From IMG/VR virus record IMGVR_UViG_3300028805_000067, positions 32,001 to 96,000 of that record: 64,000 nt of DNA, one strand, 5' to 3'. Below are positions 39,482 through 49,002 of the stretch, piece after piece. Source of the DNA: a virus. Lineage: Duplodnaviria > Caudoviricetes. The number at the start of each line of letters is the position of its first letter. Position 1 is the first letter of the stretch. The notes below the pieces were generated by a model. The model was not told where the DNA came from. It ran no database searches and worked only from the letters and a program-made list of their open reading frames with translations. Made by a program: the position numbers and the translations under genes.

Positions 39482-39883
39482 TTAAGCCCTTGCGAACACC
39501 TTAGCACCCTTATAAGCTACCATTTCCTCGTAAGTGAGTGGTGTCTTTTCCTTGTTGTCCTTATAGGCTACCGCCTTGCCAGACTTAACAAGTTCCTTAA
39601 GACGAGGGGATACTTTCTGCGAAGTCCACTCTTCACCGATTGAACGAGCGATTGTGGTTGCAGTTGCAGGCTCTGCGGTAAGTGCGTTATATACCGCCTC
39701 CATAGCCTTAGCATCCGCCTCAATCTCTGCCTTGCTCTTGCCTCCGCTTGACTTGCGGTTAGCAATAGAGTTCTTAAGCTGAACGAGCTTATCATTGAGG
39801 TCTTTGTCATCTTTTACATTTGCGCCATTGAGAACCGCATCAAGTGCGGATACATAAGAATACTTATCTGCCATAATTAGCAC
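39482..39883 (-). CDS. Winged-helix DNA-binding protein (paralog 3)
   Basis: ATATTIA..WTSQKVSPRLKELVKSG. Confidence 0.7.
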   Translation of the reverse strand: MLIMADKYSYVSALDAVLNGANVKDDKDLNDKLVQLKNSIANRKSSGGKSKAEIEADAKAMEAVYNALTAEPATATTIARSIGEEWTSQKVSPRLKELVKSGKAVAYKDNKEKTPLTYEEMVAYKGAKVFARA

Positions 39884-40495
39884 CTCTTTCTTTTTTTATT
39901 TTTGTAAGTTTATTATATCATATTTTGTTCGGTTTGTCAAGTGTTTTTTAAAAATTTTTTATTTTAGTGGCTATGCGCACTTGCCACATGGTTGGTAGAA
40001 TTTTTGTCACAACCCCTTGCACCACCTATATGGGGTTTTGTTCCGAATTAGCTTCATTATGTTTAGCACCTCTTTTCTTATCTTGTGTCTTTATTATACC
40101 ATATTTTTTTGAGTTTGTCAAGAGTTTTTTTAACTTTTTTCAAGTGAACCGTAACTGTTTCAGCCAACCCACCTTACTTTGTTTTCTCTCTTAACCTTTT
40201 GTACCTTTATTATAACATATTTTCTTGAATTTGTCAAGAGTTTTTTATTTTTTGTTAAGATTTTTGTCTGCCTCGCAACGGATTGTTTCTTTTCTTAACT
40301 GTCTACATTGTACCACAAAACCATAAAAATTACAATCGGCAAATTGCATAAATTTTAGGATTATTTTTTGTGCAACTTTTTTGCAAATTTTGCTTGACAA
40401 ATTGTTGAAGATATGGTATAATGGAATTTTCGGCGCGGCGACGCAAAGTGCGGCTGTCGCCGCGCCGACAAACAAAAAAGGTGGCATCCGCCACC

Positions 40496-40741
40496 TTAAT
40501 CTTCAATTTCTGGATGAGATTCTAAAAAACTGTCTGTAATATCTTCTGAATAATCTTGTATATCGTTAAAGAAGTAATCATATGCTTCATCATCGGTACA
40601 ATTTAGTATCATCTCTTGTATTGCTCCAAAAACATCATCATAATTTTTGAAAGGTAGTTTTTCATGTGCCGCCTCTAAAGCATCCAAAATATCTCCATCA
40701 TCTGGTAAATTACAAGTTATAGTGCGTGTTAATGTTAGCAT
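40496..40741 (-). CDS. Acidic hypothetical protein
   Basis: AGGAGG RBS. Confidence 0.75.
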   Translation of the reverse strand: MLTLTRTITCNLPDDGDILDALEAAHEKLPFKNYDDVFGAIQEMILNCTDDEAYDYFFNDIQDYSEDITDSFLESHPEIED

Positions 40742-40756
40742 ATATGTACCTCCTTT

Positions 40757-40945
40757 TTATTTATCCCGAGAGCGGAATATTTCATCCCACTTTTTACGCT
40801 CTTCTTCTCTGCTTTTCTGAATAGCTTTAAGTATATTTAGAATGAATATCAGAGTTCCTTCAACAATAGAACATATTGCAAGAGGCACTCCCACATTAAA
40901 GCCACATAGATACAAAACACCAAATACAACTATTACAATATCCAT
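40757..40945 (-). CDS. Small membrane protein
   Basis: Hydrophobic N-terminal half. Confidence 0.7.
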   Translation of the reverse strand: MDIVIVVFGVLYLCGFNVGVPLAICSIVEGTLIFILNILKAIQKSREEERKKWDEIFRSRDK

Positions 40946-40963
40946 TTTTATTATCGCTCCTTT

Positions 40964-41236
40964 CTATTTTACCCATTCACAATCACTATCTTTTAATATC
41001 TGTTTAACCTTATCAGCGACAAAAGATGTAGTATTCTGATCAAGATCTAATAAATCTTTTTGACTTAATCTGTATGTGATAAGTTTACTTATTGAGCGTA
41101 AAGCAAGATATTCATAGTATTTTATTGAATACTTTTCTTCTTCTTCATTTGCATCCCACATCATATTTTCAACTGCATTTTTAATAACACTGTTAAAATT
41201 TTTATCAGGTACATCAATTGCAAGTGTAATTTTCAT
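40964..41236 (-). CDS. Hypothetical protein
   Basis: AGGAGG RBS. Confidence 0.75.
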   Translation of the reverse strand: MKITLAIDVPDKNFNSVIKNAVENMMWDANEEEEKYSIKYYEYLALRSISKLITYRLSQKDLLDLDQNTTSFVADKVKQILKDSDCEWVK

Positions 41237-41286
41237 TTTTACCTCCTATGGCGGAGGCGCCTTATCAGCGCCCGCCGCCCCCTTTT

Positions 41287-41481
41287 TTATTCTATGTAAT
41301 CATCATAAATTATTACAGATAAATCAACCTCGCCCCATATTTCATCAGGTACAGTCAATTTAGTACGCTCAATAATTATATCGGAATCAAATTCTCTTAT
41401 TAGTTTTAATAAGCCATTAGTTTCCATTTCACGAACTTCTCTAAAAGCACTGTCGCTTGCTTTGGTGATATATACTTTCAT
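41287..41481 (-). CDS. Hypothetical protein
   Basis: Ends IIYDDYIE. Confidence 0.75.
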   Translation of the reverse strand: MKVYITKASDSAFREVREMETNGLLKLIREFDSDIIIERTKLTVPDEIWGEVDLSVIIYDDYIE

Positions 41482-41495
41482 TACTATATCATCTC

Positions 41496-41687
41496 CTATG
41501 CATTTTTAGTTATCTCAACATATTCTTTAAGTATTTTTACAAGTGCCGAGAAAAATTCGTCCGCATCATCATTTTCAGAAGTTACAAACATGGCTTTAAG
41601 ACCAGCCGCCGCCAAAACTTTACCAATGTCTTTATCAGCAGTTGCCAATATTTTATTGAGTTCTTCATTTTTTACATAAGTTTTCAT
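41496..41687 (-). CDS. Hypothetical protein
   Basis: Start MKTYVK after promoter and RBS. Confidence 0.7.
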   Translation of the reverse strand: MKTYVKNEELNKILATADKDIGKVLAAAGLKAMFVTSENDDADEFFSALVKILKEYVEITKNA

Positions 41688-41979
41688 TTTAGTTACCTCT
41701 TTTCTTTTTGTTTTTATTGTGCTTTTATTATAACACATTTTTTTGTTTTTGTCAAGACCTTTTTTATTTTCTTTAGGATTTTTTCACCGCCTTGACTTCG
41801 GTGCGCTTCCTTCATTTGATGGTTTAATTATAACAGATATTAGGCATTTTGTCAATAGTTTTTTAATAAAAATTTGAAATATTTTTTTCTAACGATACTG
41901 CTTGTTGGATAATGCGGAGCGCGGTCGGGGAACCCGAAGGCCCGCGCTCCGCCAAAAAGAAAAGAGGGCATCCGCCCTC

Positions 41980-42282
41980 TTAATGTCCGAATCTGATATA
42001 GTGTTTTATCCAACTGTCACCAAAGTATTCTTTTAATTCTTGCTCGTACTGTGGATAGTTTTGCAAAATTGATATCTTATAAATGGTATCATAGTCCATC
42101 ATACAGTACCAACTATTATCGTCACCCTTGTAAAATCTTAATGTATCAAGAATGAAATTCATTGTTTCTTGCTTTAAATCAGCTTTAATACAATCCTCAA
42201 GGCTTACGAACTGACTATTAAAGATAGGTTTAATGTTAAAGTCTGTTACTTTTACTCCACTCATTTTAGGTTCAAAATTCAT
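41980..42282 (-). CDS. Hypothetical protein
   Basis: Start MNFEPK (AAGGAGG). Confidence 0.7.
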   Translation of the reverse strand: MNFEPKMSGVKVTDFNIKPIFNSQFVSLEDCIKADLKQETMNFILDTLRFYKGDDNSWYCMMDYDTIYKISILQNYPQYEQELKEYFGDSWIKHYIRFGH

Positions 42283-42296
42283 TTTTATGTCCTCCT

Positions 42297-42467
42297 TTAT
42301 TTGTAATATATTTCTGATGAAAAGTAATAGTTGTAAACTATAATCGCAACTTTTTCGATCTGCTTTACATATTTGCGCACTGTTATTGCGGATTCTTTGG
42401 GAATTACTCCCCATACTTCCAAATCATCAATATGTTCCATAAGGTCATCATACATTTTTTCAGTCAT
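42297..42467 (-). CDS. Hypothetical protein
   Basis: Start MTEKMY (GGAGG). Confidence 0.65.
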   Translation of the reverse strand: MTEKMYDDLMEHIDDLEVWGVIPKESAITVRKYVKQIEKVAIIVYNYYFSSEIYYK

Positions 42468-42702
42468 CTTTTGTTCCCTCCTCCCAGAGTACATTATAAA
42501 GTCTACATAAGTCTGCCCATTCCCACTCGTCATCCGCAAACCATTCATAGTCCTCTTCTATTGCCTCATCAGGTATACCTAACTGAATCCAGTCGCTCCA
42601 TATAAGCTCATCCCCGAGGTCTATGATACTCTCATTCATTTCCTTTGCAAGAGCAATACGCTCATCTCTTGTTGTTTCATAAAAATCTCTTGTGTTTACC
42701 AT
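42460..42702 (-). CDS. Highly acidic hypothetical protein
   Basis: D/E/W-rich; promoter and RBS. Confidence 0.75.
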   Translation of the reverse strand: MVNTRDFYETTRDERIALAKEMNESIIDLGDELIWSDWIQLGIPDEAIEEDYEWFADDEWEWADLCRLYNVLWEEGTKDD

Positions 42703-42857
42703 TGTTGGTACCTCCTTGTTTGTTTGTACCTAAAGTATATCATATTAGGACGGATTTGTCAAGTAGTTTTTTGCATTTTTGAAAAAATATTTTTAGAGGG
42801 TGTTCTCTGTTAGACTTTGCGGAGGCTGTGCGCAAAAAGCCCACGCACAGCCTCCGC

Positions 42858-43352
42858 TCATTTCGTGGAGGCTGTTAGTCTTTTGTAAAATGCTTGCACA
42901 TTTATATTTAATTCTTGTTTAAATGTTTCAATCTTGTCTGGGTGCATCTTGTAAAACCATATCGCCCAAGCGGTCGCCGCCTTTTCAAGTGGAAGATTAA
43001 AATATAATTTATTAGCTACATGATGCAATGGTTTTGGCAGCTTGTCAATTCCGATTTTGCAAATCATATTCCACATGGTGTTAGTATCAGAAAAGTATTT
43101 GAAAGTTTTTAAATGTCCGATTTCATGCAGAATTGATAATATCATCAAATCAATTGTAGCTGGCTGAAAATCATATTTCCAATTCTTTTTTATAAATGAA
43201 CAAAAGTCTTTGTCACATTTGTCACACTGTAAAGAGTAAGCGATTTGTTTGCGGTTTTTAGATACCCAAAAGTTTTGGTCAAGTGTTGCGGTTAAGGTTA
43301 AACCGCAACACTCTTTTATCATTTCGCTCATTTGTTTATTTAATATTTTCAT
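42858..43352 (-). CDS. HExxH metallopeptidase-like protein
   Basis: ILHEIGH followed by EKAATAWA. Confidence 0.65.
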   Translation of the reverse strand: MKILNKQMSEMIKECCGLTLTATLDQNFWVSKNRKQIAYSLQCDKCDKDFCSFIKKNWKYDFQPATIDLMILSILHEIGHLKTFKYFSDTNTMWNMICKIGIDKLPKPLHHVANKLYFNLPLEKAATAWAIWFYKMHPDKIETFKQELNINVQAFYKRLTASTK

Positions 43353-43561
43353 AATTTTTTTAATACCTCATCAAGCCTTTCATCAAGGTAGGCATTGTTT
43401 ACCATATAAAGTGCGGTTTTCAGTCCTTTTACTACACCCTTATAGTAGATTGCATCCTCAGTTTCATCATTGTCGTCAGCATCCTTGCGATTCCATTGAT
43501 AAATGTCTATCATCTGTCTCAGGGATGTCTCAATTTTTCGTGCCAGTTCTTCATTACTCAT
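43349..43561 (-). CDS. Hypothetical protein
   Basis: GGAGG RBS. Confidence 0.75.
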   Translation of the reverse strand: MSNEELARKIETSLRQMIDIYQWNRKDADDNDETEDAIYYKGVVKGLKTALYMVNNAYLDERLDEVLKKL

Positions 43562-43751
43562 TTTTTAATTCCTCCGTTTTTTTATTTTGTAATTAAAGTA
43601 TAACACATTTTAGGATAAAAGTCAAGTATTTTTTTGAAAAAAATTAAAAATATTTTATTTAGAGGGCATAATATTAAAGTTAATGCGGGTCGCTGCCGCG
43701 AAGAACTTGTGGCAGCGACCCGTCCGAGCCACCGCCACAGTTTTGGAGGAT

Positions 43752-44069
43752 TTATTCAAAATTATTTTCAAAAAGCCAATCTTCAATTACCTCGTCAGCA
43801 AGTGTTTCATAATCTACATTTTTCATGGCAAGCATTGCCCAGTTGTAAGCATCAGAACCAAGTCGATAATTAACACTGAATCCGATACTATCTTCACCAA
43901 GTGACTTTAGCATTTCGATTACATTTGTTTTGAGGGTTTTATCTTTATTCATCTGTAAGATTTCATCATCCTCGTAGAAAAAGGATAGTGAAAAATCTCC
44001 ATATAAAAAATCTTCTTTAAACTTGTATGTTTCATAGTTTTTATATTTGCTATCAGGTCTATAATACAT
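43752..44069 (-). CDS. Acidic hypothetical protein
   Basis: Start MYYRPD; C-terminus resembles the 44991 ORF. Confidence 0.7.
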   Translation of the reverse strand: MYYRPDSKYKNYETYKFKEDFLYGDFSLSFFYEDDEILQMNKDKTLKTNVIEMLKSLGEDSIGFSVNYRLGSDAYNWAMLAMKNVDYETLADEVIEDWLFENNFE

Positions 44070-44079
44070 ATTTGCCTCC

Positions 44080-44331
44080 TTAATGCGCCTCATAGGTTCT
44101 GTTTGATACTAAACCTGAGCCACAGTTCGTGACGAACCAACAATACTCATCAGTGCTCATAATCTCACCAGTTTCTGTATCAATTGCATCCACTATAGCG
44201 CTATACTCATAATAGTCTATATATGGCAATACAGAGTTCAGATAATGGATTACTGAATCCATATCATCAAAATCCTCACGCTCAAGAATGTAAAATCCTG
44301 TTGTGTCGCTTATTTCTACTGTGTATCTCAT
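44080..44331 (-). CDS. Acidic hypothetical protein
   Basis: Start MRYTVE (GGAGG). Confidence 0.7.
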   Translation of the reverse strand: MRYTVEISDTTGFYILEREDFDDMDSVIHYLNSVLPYIDYYEYSAIVDAIDTETGEIMSTDEYCWFVTNCGSGLVSNRTYEAH

Positions 44332-44460
44332 ATTGAGTACCTCCGTTTCATTTGATAGCATAAGTATACTATATTTTAGGTAAAAAGTCAACATACAAAA
44401 TGCACAAAGATTAGATTGAATGTTTGTGCACTTTTAACAAAAGAACAATGTGATTTGCCT

Positions 44461-44703
44461 TTATGAAATATCCAGATATATAGGCTCTAAATCGTGACAA
44501 TCAGCAAATTCACTCGTTTCACCGTTGCCTTTATAGACTTTGAAATCTCTAATAATATCACCATACTCTTCTATTTTACGCAGGCGACCACACACCCAAG
44601 ATTTAAGATATGAATCTCTATACCGTTTATACGGCTTGCTGGTGCATACAATAATGGTAAGATCCTCGGTGAAAACTACAAGGGTAAAAATCTGTTCGTT
44701 CAT
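44461..44703 (-). CDS. Hypothetical protein
   Basis: Start MNEQIF (GGAGG). Confidence 0.7.
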   Translation of the reverse strand: MNEQIFTLVVFTEDLTIIVCTSKPYKRYRDSYLKSWVCGRLRKIEEYGDIIRDFKVYKGNGETSEFADCHDLEPIYLDIS

Positions 44704-44938
44704 AATAAAATCCTCCATAGGGTAAGTAGTGGTTTAAGGGTCTCTTCCTTAACTCTGGATACATTGTACCATATTTTAGGAAGAAAGTCAACATACAAAA
44801 TGCACAAAATTGAATGGAATTTTTTATGCAATATATACAAATAGACAATGCGGGCCGTCGACGCGAAAAACTTGTGACGACGGCCCGCCAAGACCGCCGT
44901 CCAAGTTTGGAGGATATTCTGTAATTTTAGTAAATTGA

Positions 44939-44985
44939 TTGGGAGCAAGGGAGTCGAACCCTACTACTGAGCCGTCAGCTCCCAA
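44939..44985 (-). ncRNA. Mini-tRNA-like element
   Basis: TTGGGAGC/GCTCCCAA stem with AGGG-TTCGACT-CCCT T-arm. Confidence 0.6.
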
Positions 44986-44990
44986 GTGGA

Positions 44991-45311
44991 CTAAAATGTC
45001 CACTCATCGAAAAGTAACTGGGCGATTTCTTCAAAATTTACATTATTTATTGCAAGCAATGCCCAACCATATACCTCTTTATAGAGTTTATAGTCTACAT
45101 TAAATTTAAATGTTTCTACTACTGCATCTCTTAATTTCTCTGCTATATCTGCAACCATAAACCCTTCTGCCATATTTTTTGAAACATCTTCGCAATACAG
45201 TTCAAATTCTTCATTTGGATCGTCATATACATTTTCAAGAGTTGCATCTGCGAAAAAATCTTTGTAGCATTCCCAAGTAGGATAATTTGAAAAACCATTA
45301 ACTTTTGCCAT
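44991..45311 (-). CDS. Acidic hypothetical protein
   Basis: NGFSNYPTW..VNFEEIA. Confidence 0.75.
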   Translation of the reverse strand: MAKVNGFSNYPTWECYKDFFADATLENVYDDPNEEFELYCEDVSKNMAEGFMVADIAEKLRDAVVETFKFNVDYKLYKEVYGWALLAINNVNFEEIAQLLFDEWTF

Positions 45312-45349
45312 TGTATTTACCTCTTTTCTTATTTTCTATAATGATTATA

Positions 45350-45556
45350 TCATATTTTTTTGTTCTTGTCAATACCTTTTTTCATAATTTTTACACGCCT
45401 GCGGATGTTTCCGTTGTACCTGTGTGCTTCTACAATTGTATTAAGAACCTTTAAATCATTGCATCTATTTGCAAAGTCTACAAACTGTGCGACTACATTA
45501 TTGTAGCCATTGTAAATGTTGTACATTTCCTGAATGAGTTCCTGTTTATTCTTCAT
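45350..45556 (-). CDS. Hypothetical protein
   Basis: GGAG RBS. Confidence 0.7.
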   Translation of the reverse strand: MKNKQELIQEMYNIYNGYNNVVAQFVDFANRCNDLKVLNTIVEAHRYNGNIRRRVKIMKKGIDKNKKI

Positions 45557-45740
45557 TTTTTTGTCCTCCGTTCTTTATCTTGACTAAAATATACCATATT
45601 TTAGGTAAAAATACAATAGATAAAATGCACAAAAAATCAGCAAAAAATTTATACAACCTGTCTATTGACAAAACAGCGGATGGCGCGCGACAGATGCTGC
45701 AGCCCGCCATCCGCTCAATAAAAAAGAGTAGGCTTTTCGC

Positions 45741-45902
45741 CTACTCATATTCAACAGTCCAATTGGTTGCGTAAATGTAATCATCAAATTCTTTTCTGTA
45801 CTTGTACAGGTCGATTTTGTGTCCAAGTCTTGACCATTCAACTGCTTCCCTGTGGTTTGCAGTGAGTTTGTTTGTTACGGTGTCGTGATAGATAGTTTTC
45901 AT
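45741..45902 (-). CDS. Hypothetical 53-aa protein (not in ORF track)
   Basis: MKTIIHDT..; promoter and AAGGAG RBS. Confidence 0.65.
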   Translation of the reverse strand: MKTIYHDTVTNKLTANHREAVEWSRLGHKIDLYKYRKEFDDYIYATNWTVEYE

Positions 45903-45939
45903 TGTTTAAATCTCCTTTGTTTTTTGTAATTTTATTATA

Positions 45940-46116
45940 TCATATGTCTTTTAATTTGTCAACCATTTTATTTAATTCTTTCTGATATTTATAAGTTCTA
46001 TTGCCTAAGCACCAATCGCATCCTCCGTGGTTTCTGCAAGTGCAATCAAAAGCCTTGCTACCCTTATATTGTTTGCGGTGTTCTTTTCCATACTCAATTG
46101 CTTTGTTCATGCTCAT
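45940..46116 (-). CDS. Small zinc-binding protein
   Basis: DCTCRNHGGCDWC. Confidence 0.75.
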   Translation of the reverse strand: MSMNKAIEYGKEHRKQYKGSKAFDCTCRNHGGCDWCLGNRTYKYQKELNKMVDKLKDI

Positions 46117-46194
46117 TTTTTTATCCTCCTTGTTCTTTTGTATCTTTATTATACCATAGGGCTTGGCTTTTGTCAAGCCCTATTTTTAACTTTT

Positions 46195-46503
46195 TTAGCA
46201 ATATGCCAAGTTCATTTTTCTCCATCCAAGAATTGAGATTTGGTTATGTTCTCTGCCTATTGCAAGTGCATCACATTTGCGTGTTACACGCTTACTCAGG
46301 TCGATATACCATATCCCGTCTGCGAACCAAATACCGCAGTTTCCACTATATGCTTTGATAGCTTTCATAGCCTCATGCATATCTTTTGTTTCAATACCCT
46401 CGGTAGCCACTTGCCAACCTGTCTTATAGGTTATAGGCTTGCCATTTTTAAGAGTTAAGCCGCCGTTGTTCTCAATTTTCTTAAGTGTTCTAATGTTTAT
46501 CAT
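46195..46503 (-). CDS. Hypothetical protein
   Basis: Start MINIRT; GIW..YIDLS..HNQISI. Confidence 0.75.
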   Translation of the reverse strand: MINIRTLKKIENNGGLTLKNGKPITYKTGWQVATEGIETKDMHEAMKAIKAYSGNCGIWFADGIWYIDLSKRVTRKCDALAIGREHNQISILGWRKMNLAYC

Positions 46504-46698
46504 ATCAGGTTCCTCCGTTCCTTTGATGATTAAAGTATACCACATTTCGGGTATTTTGTCAATGGGTAAAAATAAAAAAGTTGAAAAAATTTTGGCTGGA
46601 TCAGCTCTCTTACTGGAACTTGCGGACTGCGCGCAGAGTTTGCGCCAGCGCGCAGTCCGCCAAAGAAAAAGACACTACTTTGCGTAGTGTCCTGTATT

Positions 46699-46881
46699 CT
46701 ACTCGCCTGCGTAGTAGGCTGAACGGTAGCACTGAGGGTTCATTTCATTTTCAGTGTGAACAACCTCAAGTGCCCTGTCCTGAGTACTGTAAGCTCCATA
46801 GAACCAGTACTCGCCGTCACAGTAGGAAATTACCCACCAATCATACTCTCTTGCATAGTCAGGAACATTGTTAATCTTCAT
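46699..46881 (-). CDS. Hypothetical protein
   Basis: GAGGAGG RBS. Confidence 0.75.
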   Translation of the reverse strand: MKINNVPDYAREYDWWVISYCDGEYWFYGAYSTQDRALEVVHTENEMNPQCYRSAYYAGE

Positions 46882-46949
46882 AATTAAGTCCTCCTCTTGT
46901 TTTTGTTGACTTTATTATAACATAATTGTTAAGGTTTGTCAAGCCTTTT

Positions 46950-47150
46950 TTAATAATCTTTTCCGATTTCTACAACCATATCCCAAGCGATTTTTTCAAG
47001 TGAGAGATTGCATTTTTTTGCGTATCGTGTGACATCTGAATTAGCCTGCAGGCTTTTCATTACTTTGTTTAATGCGCTGTCCCAATTCTTTGCGGAAAAT
47101 TCCTCGGGCAAGTCTACAAGATTGCGGTTGCGTGTAATTCTGTAATTCAT
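46950..47150 (-). CDS. Hypothetical protein
   Basis: AGGAGG RBS. Confidence 0.75.
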   Translation of the reverse strand: MNYRITRNRNLVDLPEEFSAKNWDSALNKVMKSLQANSDVTRYAKKCNLSLEKIAWDMVVEIGKDY

Positions 47151-47223
47151 ATTTAAGCCTCCTGAACTTTTTGTAATTCTATTATATTACATTTTTGTAA
47201 ATTTGTCAAGTGTTTTTTACATC

Positions 47224-47433
47224 TCATTCCGTTCCGTAAATATCCCACCAATTCTCCTCAGCTACAGGCTCAAGTCTAACATTTTTGCCTCTGCCCAAGC
47301 AATAGATATCTTCTTTTGTAGGTGCGTTGATAATTCTATCAACATCTGCCTGTGTACCGTTTGCGTATACCATACAAGTTACGGTTACTCCATTGTTGAA
47401 TGTGCAATCTGCAACGATCATGTACTTCTTCAT
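47224..47433 (-). CDS. Hypothetical protein
   Basis: AGGAGG RBS. Confidence 0.75.
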   Translation of the reverse strand: MKKYMIVADCTFNNGVTVTCMVYANGTQADVDRIINAPTKEDIYCLGRGKNVRLEPVAEENWWDIYGTE

Positions 47434-47630
47434 AATTTAATCCTCCTAATTATTTGTTCTTTCCTTTTTTCTGATTAAAGTATATCATATTTTAGGATAT
47501 TTGTCAATAGTTTTTTTCAAAAAAACTAAAAAAAGTTTTTTTAAACCTCCTCCCAGTAGAATAACGCGGCTCAGTTGCCGCAAAAGCAAATGCAACTGAG
47601 CCGCCCGATTGTGACGGCTCAGTGAGTGGA

Positions 47631-47894
47631 CTAATATTCAATATCCTCGCAGAATACAACAGGCTCTCCGCTGAAGTACTTGTAACCAACAGAGTATTTT
47701 CTTTTTAGGATGCAAGCACCTGCCTCGTACCATGTTGCCTCTACATCATCAACAATATTCTTGGTGTCTGCACCGAGCAGAAGTGCCTCAGCAGTGCGGT
47801 TTGCCTCTTCCCAAGTGGTCCAGAAAGTGGTCTTAACAGCGGTGTTAGTGGTTGTGTAGGTAAGCATAGTGTTCATCATAATTGTTTCCTCCAT
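47631..47894 (-). CDS. Hypothetical protein
   Basis: Likely start MMNTML (GGAGG). Confidence 0.75.
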   Translation of the reverse strand: MEETIMMNTMLTYTTTNTAVKTTFWTTWEEANRTAEALLLGADTKNIVDDVEATWYEAGACILKRKYSVGYKYFSGEPVVFCEDIEY

Positions 47895-47995
47895 TGTTCT
47901 TTCCTTTTTTCTGATTAAAGTATATCATAAATTGGATATTTTTGCAATAGTCAAAATGTACAAAATTTTTAATATTTTTTGTGTACTCTGCACAA

Positions 47996-48202
47996 TCACT
48001 GCTTTACTACTGTGATAAGCCTGTTGTAAGTATCGGTAATAACAACCTTGTCATTTACAAATTTTTCAGCCATTTTGTTTGCGTAAGCATATGCCTGATC
48101 ATAGTCATTAATCTGAGCTTCGCTAACTACTTTCCAGATGATACCGAAGAAGCCTTCGCCTTTGTTTCTCATAACCTTTACTTTGTAACCTGTTCCTGTC
48201 AT
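47996..48202 (-). CDS. Hypothetical protein
   Basis: GGAGG RBS. Confidence 0.75.
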   Translation of the reverse strand: MTGTGYKVKVMRNKGEGFFGIIWKVVSEAQINDYDQAYAYANKMAEKFVNDKVVITDTYNRLITVVKQ

Positions 48203-48579
48203 ATTTTAATCCTCCGTTTCTTTCTTTCTTTATCTTGACTAAAGTATATCATATTTTGGGCGTTTTGTCAATAGTTTTGCGCAAAAAAACTTAAAAATTT
48301 TTATTTGGAAACATATATAATTAGAAAAATGCGGTTCGGCTACGCAACGCACTGCCGCAGCCGAACCGCCCAATAAAAAAAGAGCCAAGTTAGTTTAACT
48401 TAGCTCTCTCATGTGATATTCATTTGTTTTACACCTCGTTTCTGAAAACCCCTGTTGCACCTTTTCAAAGCACCCGTAACTGTTTCAGCCAAGCGCCCCT
48501 ACTTAGTGGCTGTTCTTTTCTCTTTTCTTGTCTTTATTATAGCACTCAATATCTATTTTGTCAAGTGTTTTTTCACTTT

Positions 48580-49002
48580 TTAAAAAATAATTTTTGCGCC
48601 TTTTGTTTCAAGCCAGTAGCCTGCATGACCTGCTTTTATCCATGCATTGATATTTGCTTTTGTATCATCAATTAGCATCCCATCTTCTTTGATGTAATCT
48701 ACTTTTTTACCACTACCAACTAAACAAATAAATTTATCACTTGTAATTTCAGGAATGTATTTTGCAAGCCAATCAAGTTTGCCAAGTTTAGCATCTTCAG
48801 AAGCACAAGCAGTCAGGATGTAAACATTGTTGCCCTGAGCAATCAGCTTACGCACAAGATTAACATTTTCTACAAAAGGCTCAAGGTTTGCAATCCATCT
48901 TCTCTGCATAACAAGATAACGCTTTGTAGCATCATAAGCCTTGTGGAAGTTAGCAAGAACACCGTCCATATCAAAATAGTAAGTGGCAATAGTAGTTCTC
49001 AT
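48580..49002 (-). CDS. HAD-family 5'(3')-deoxyribonucleotidase-like protein
   Basis: FDMDGVLANF, ILTA, KLDWL and LIDD motifs. Confidence 0.85.
   Translation of the reverse strand: MRTTIATYYFDMDGVLANFHKAYDATKRYLVMQRRWIANLEPFVENVNLVRKLIAQGNNVYILTACASEDAKLGKLDWLAKYIPEITSDKFICLVGSGKKVDYIKEDGMLIDDTKANINAWIKAGHAGYWLETKGAKIIF

Larger units (their letters stand above)
36961..47985. promoter_or_regulatory. Operator-like palindrome TGCACAAA-N14-TTTGTGCA, 7 copies
   Basis: At 36961, 38791, 40345, 44401, 44801, 45626 and 47957 (29 bp); wider variant at 35252-35291. Confidence 0.8.

Noticed and set aside
36870-40487. Minus-strand ORFs spanning promoter/palindrome modules (36870, 36881, 36913, 38691, 38767, 40245)
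   Set aside because: Their similar translations reflect the repeated regulatory DNA; no RBS.
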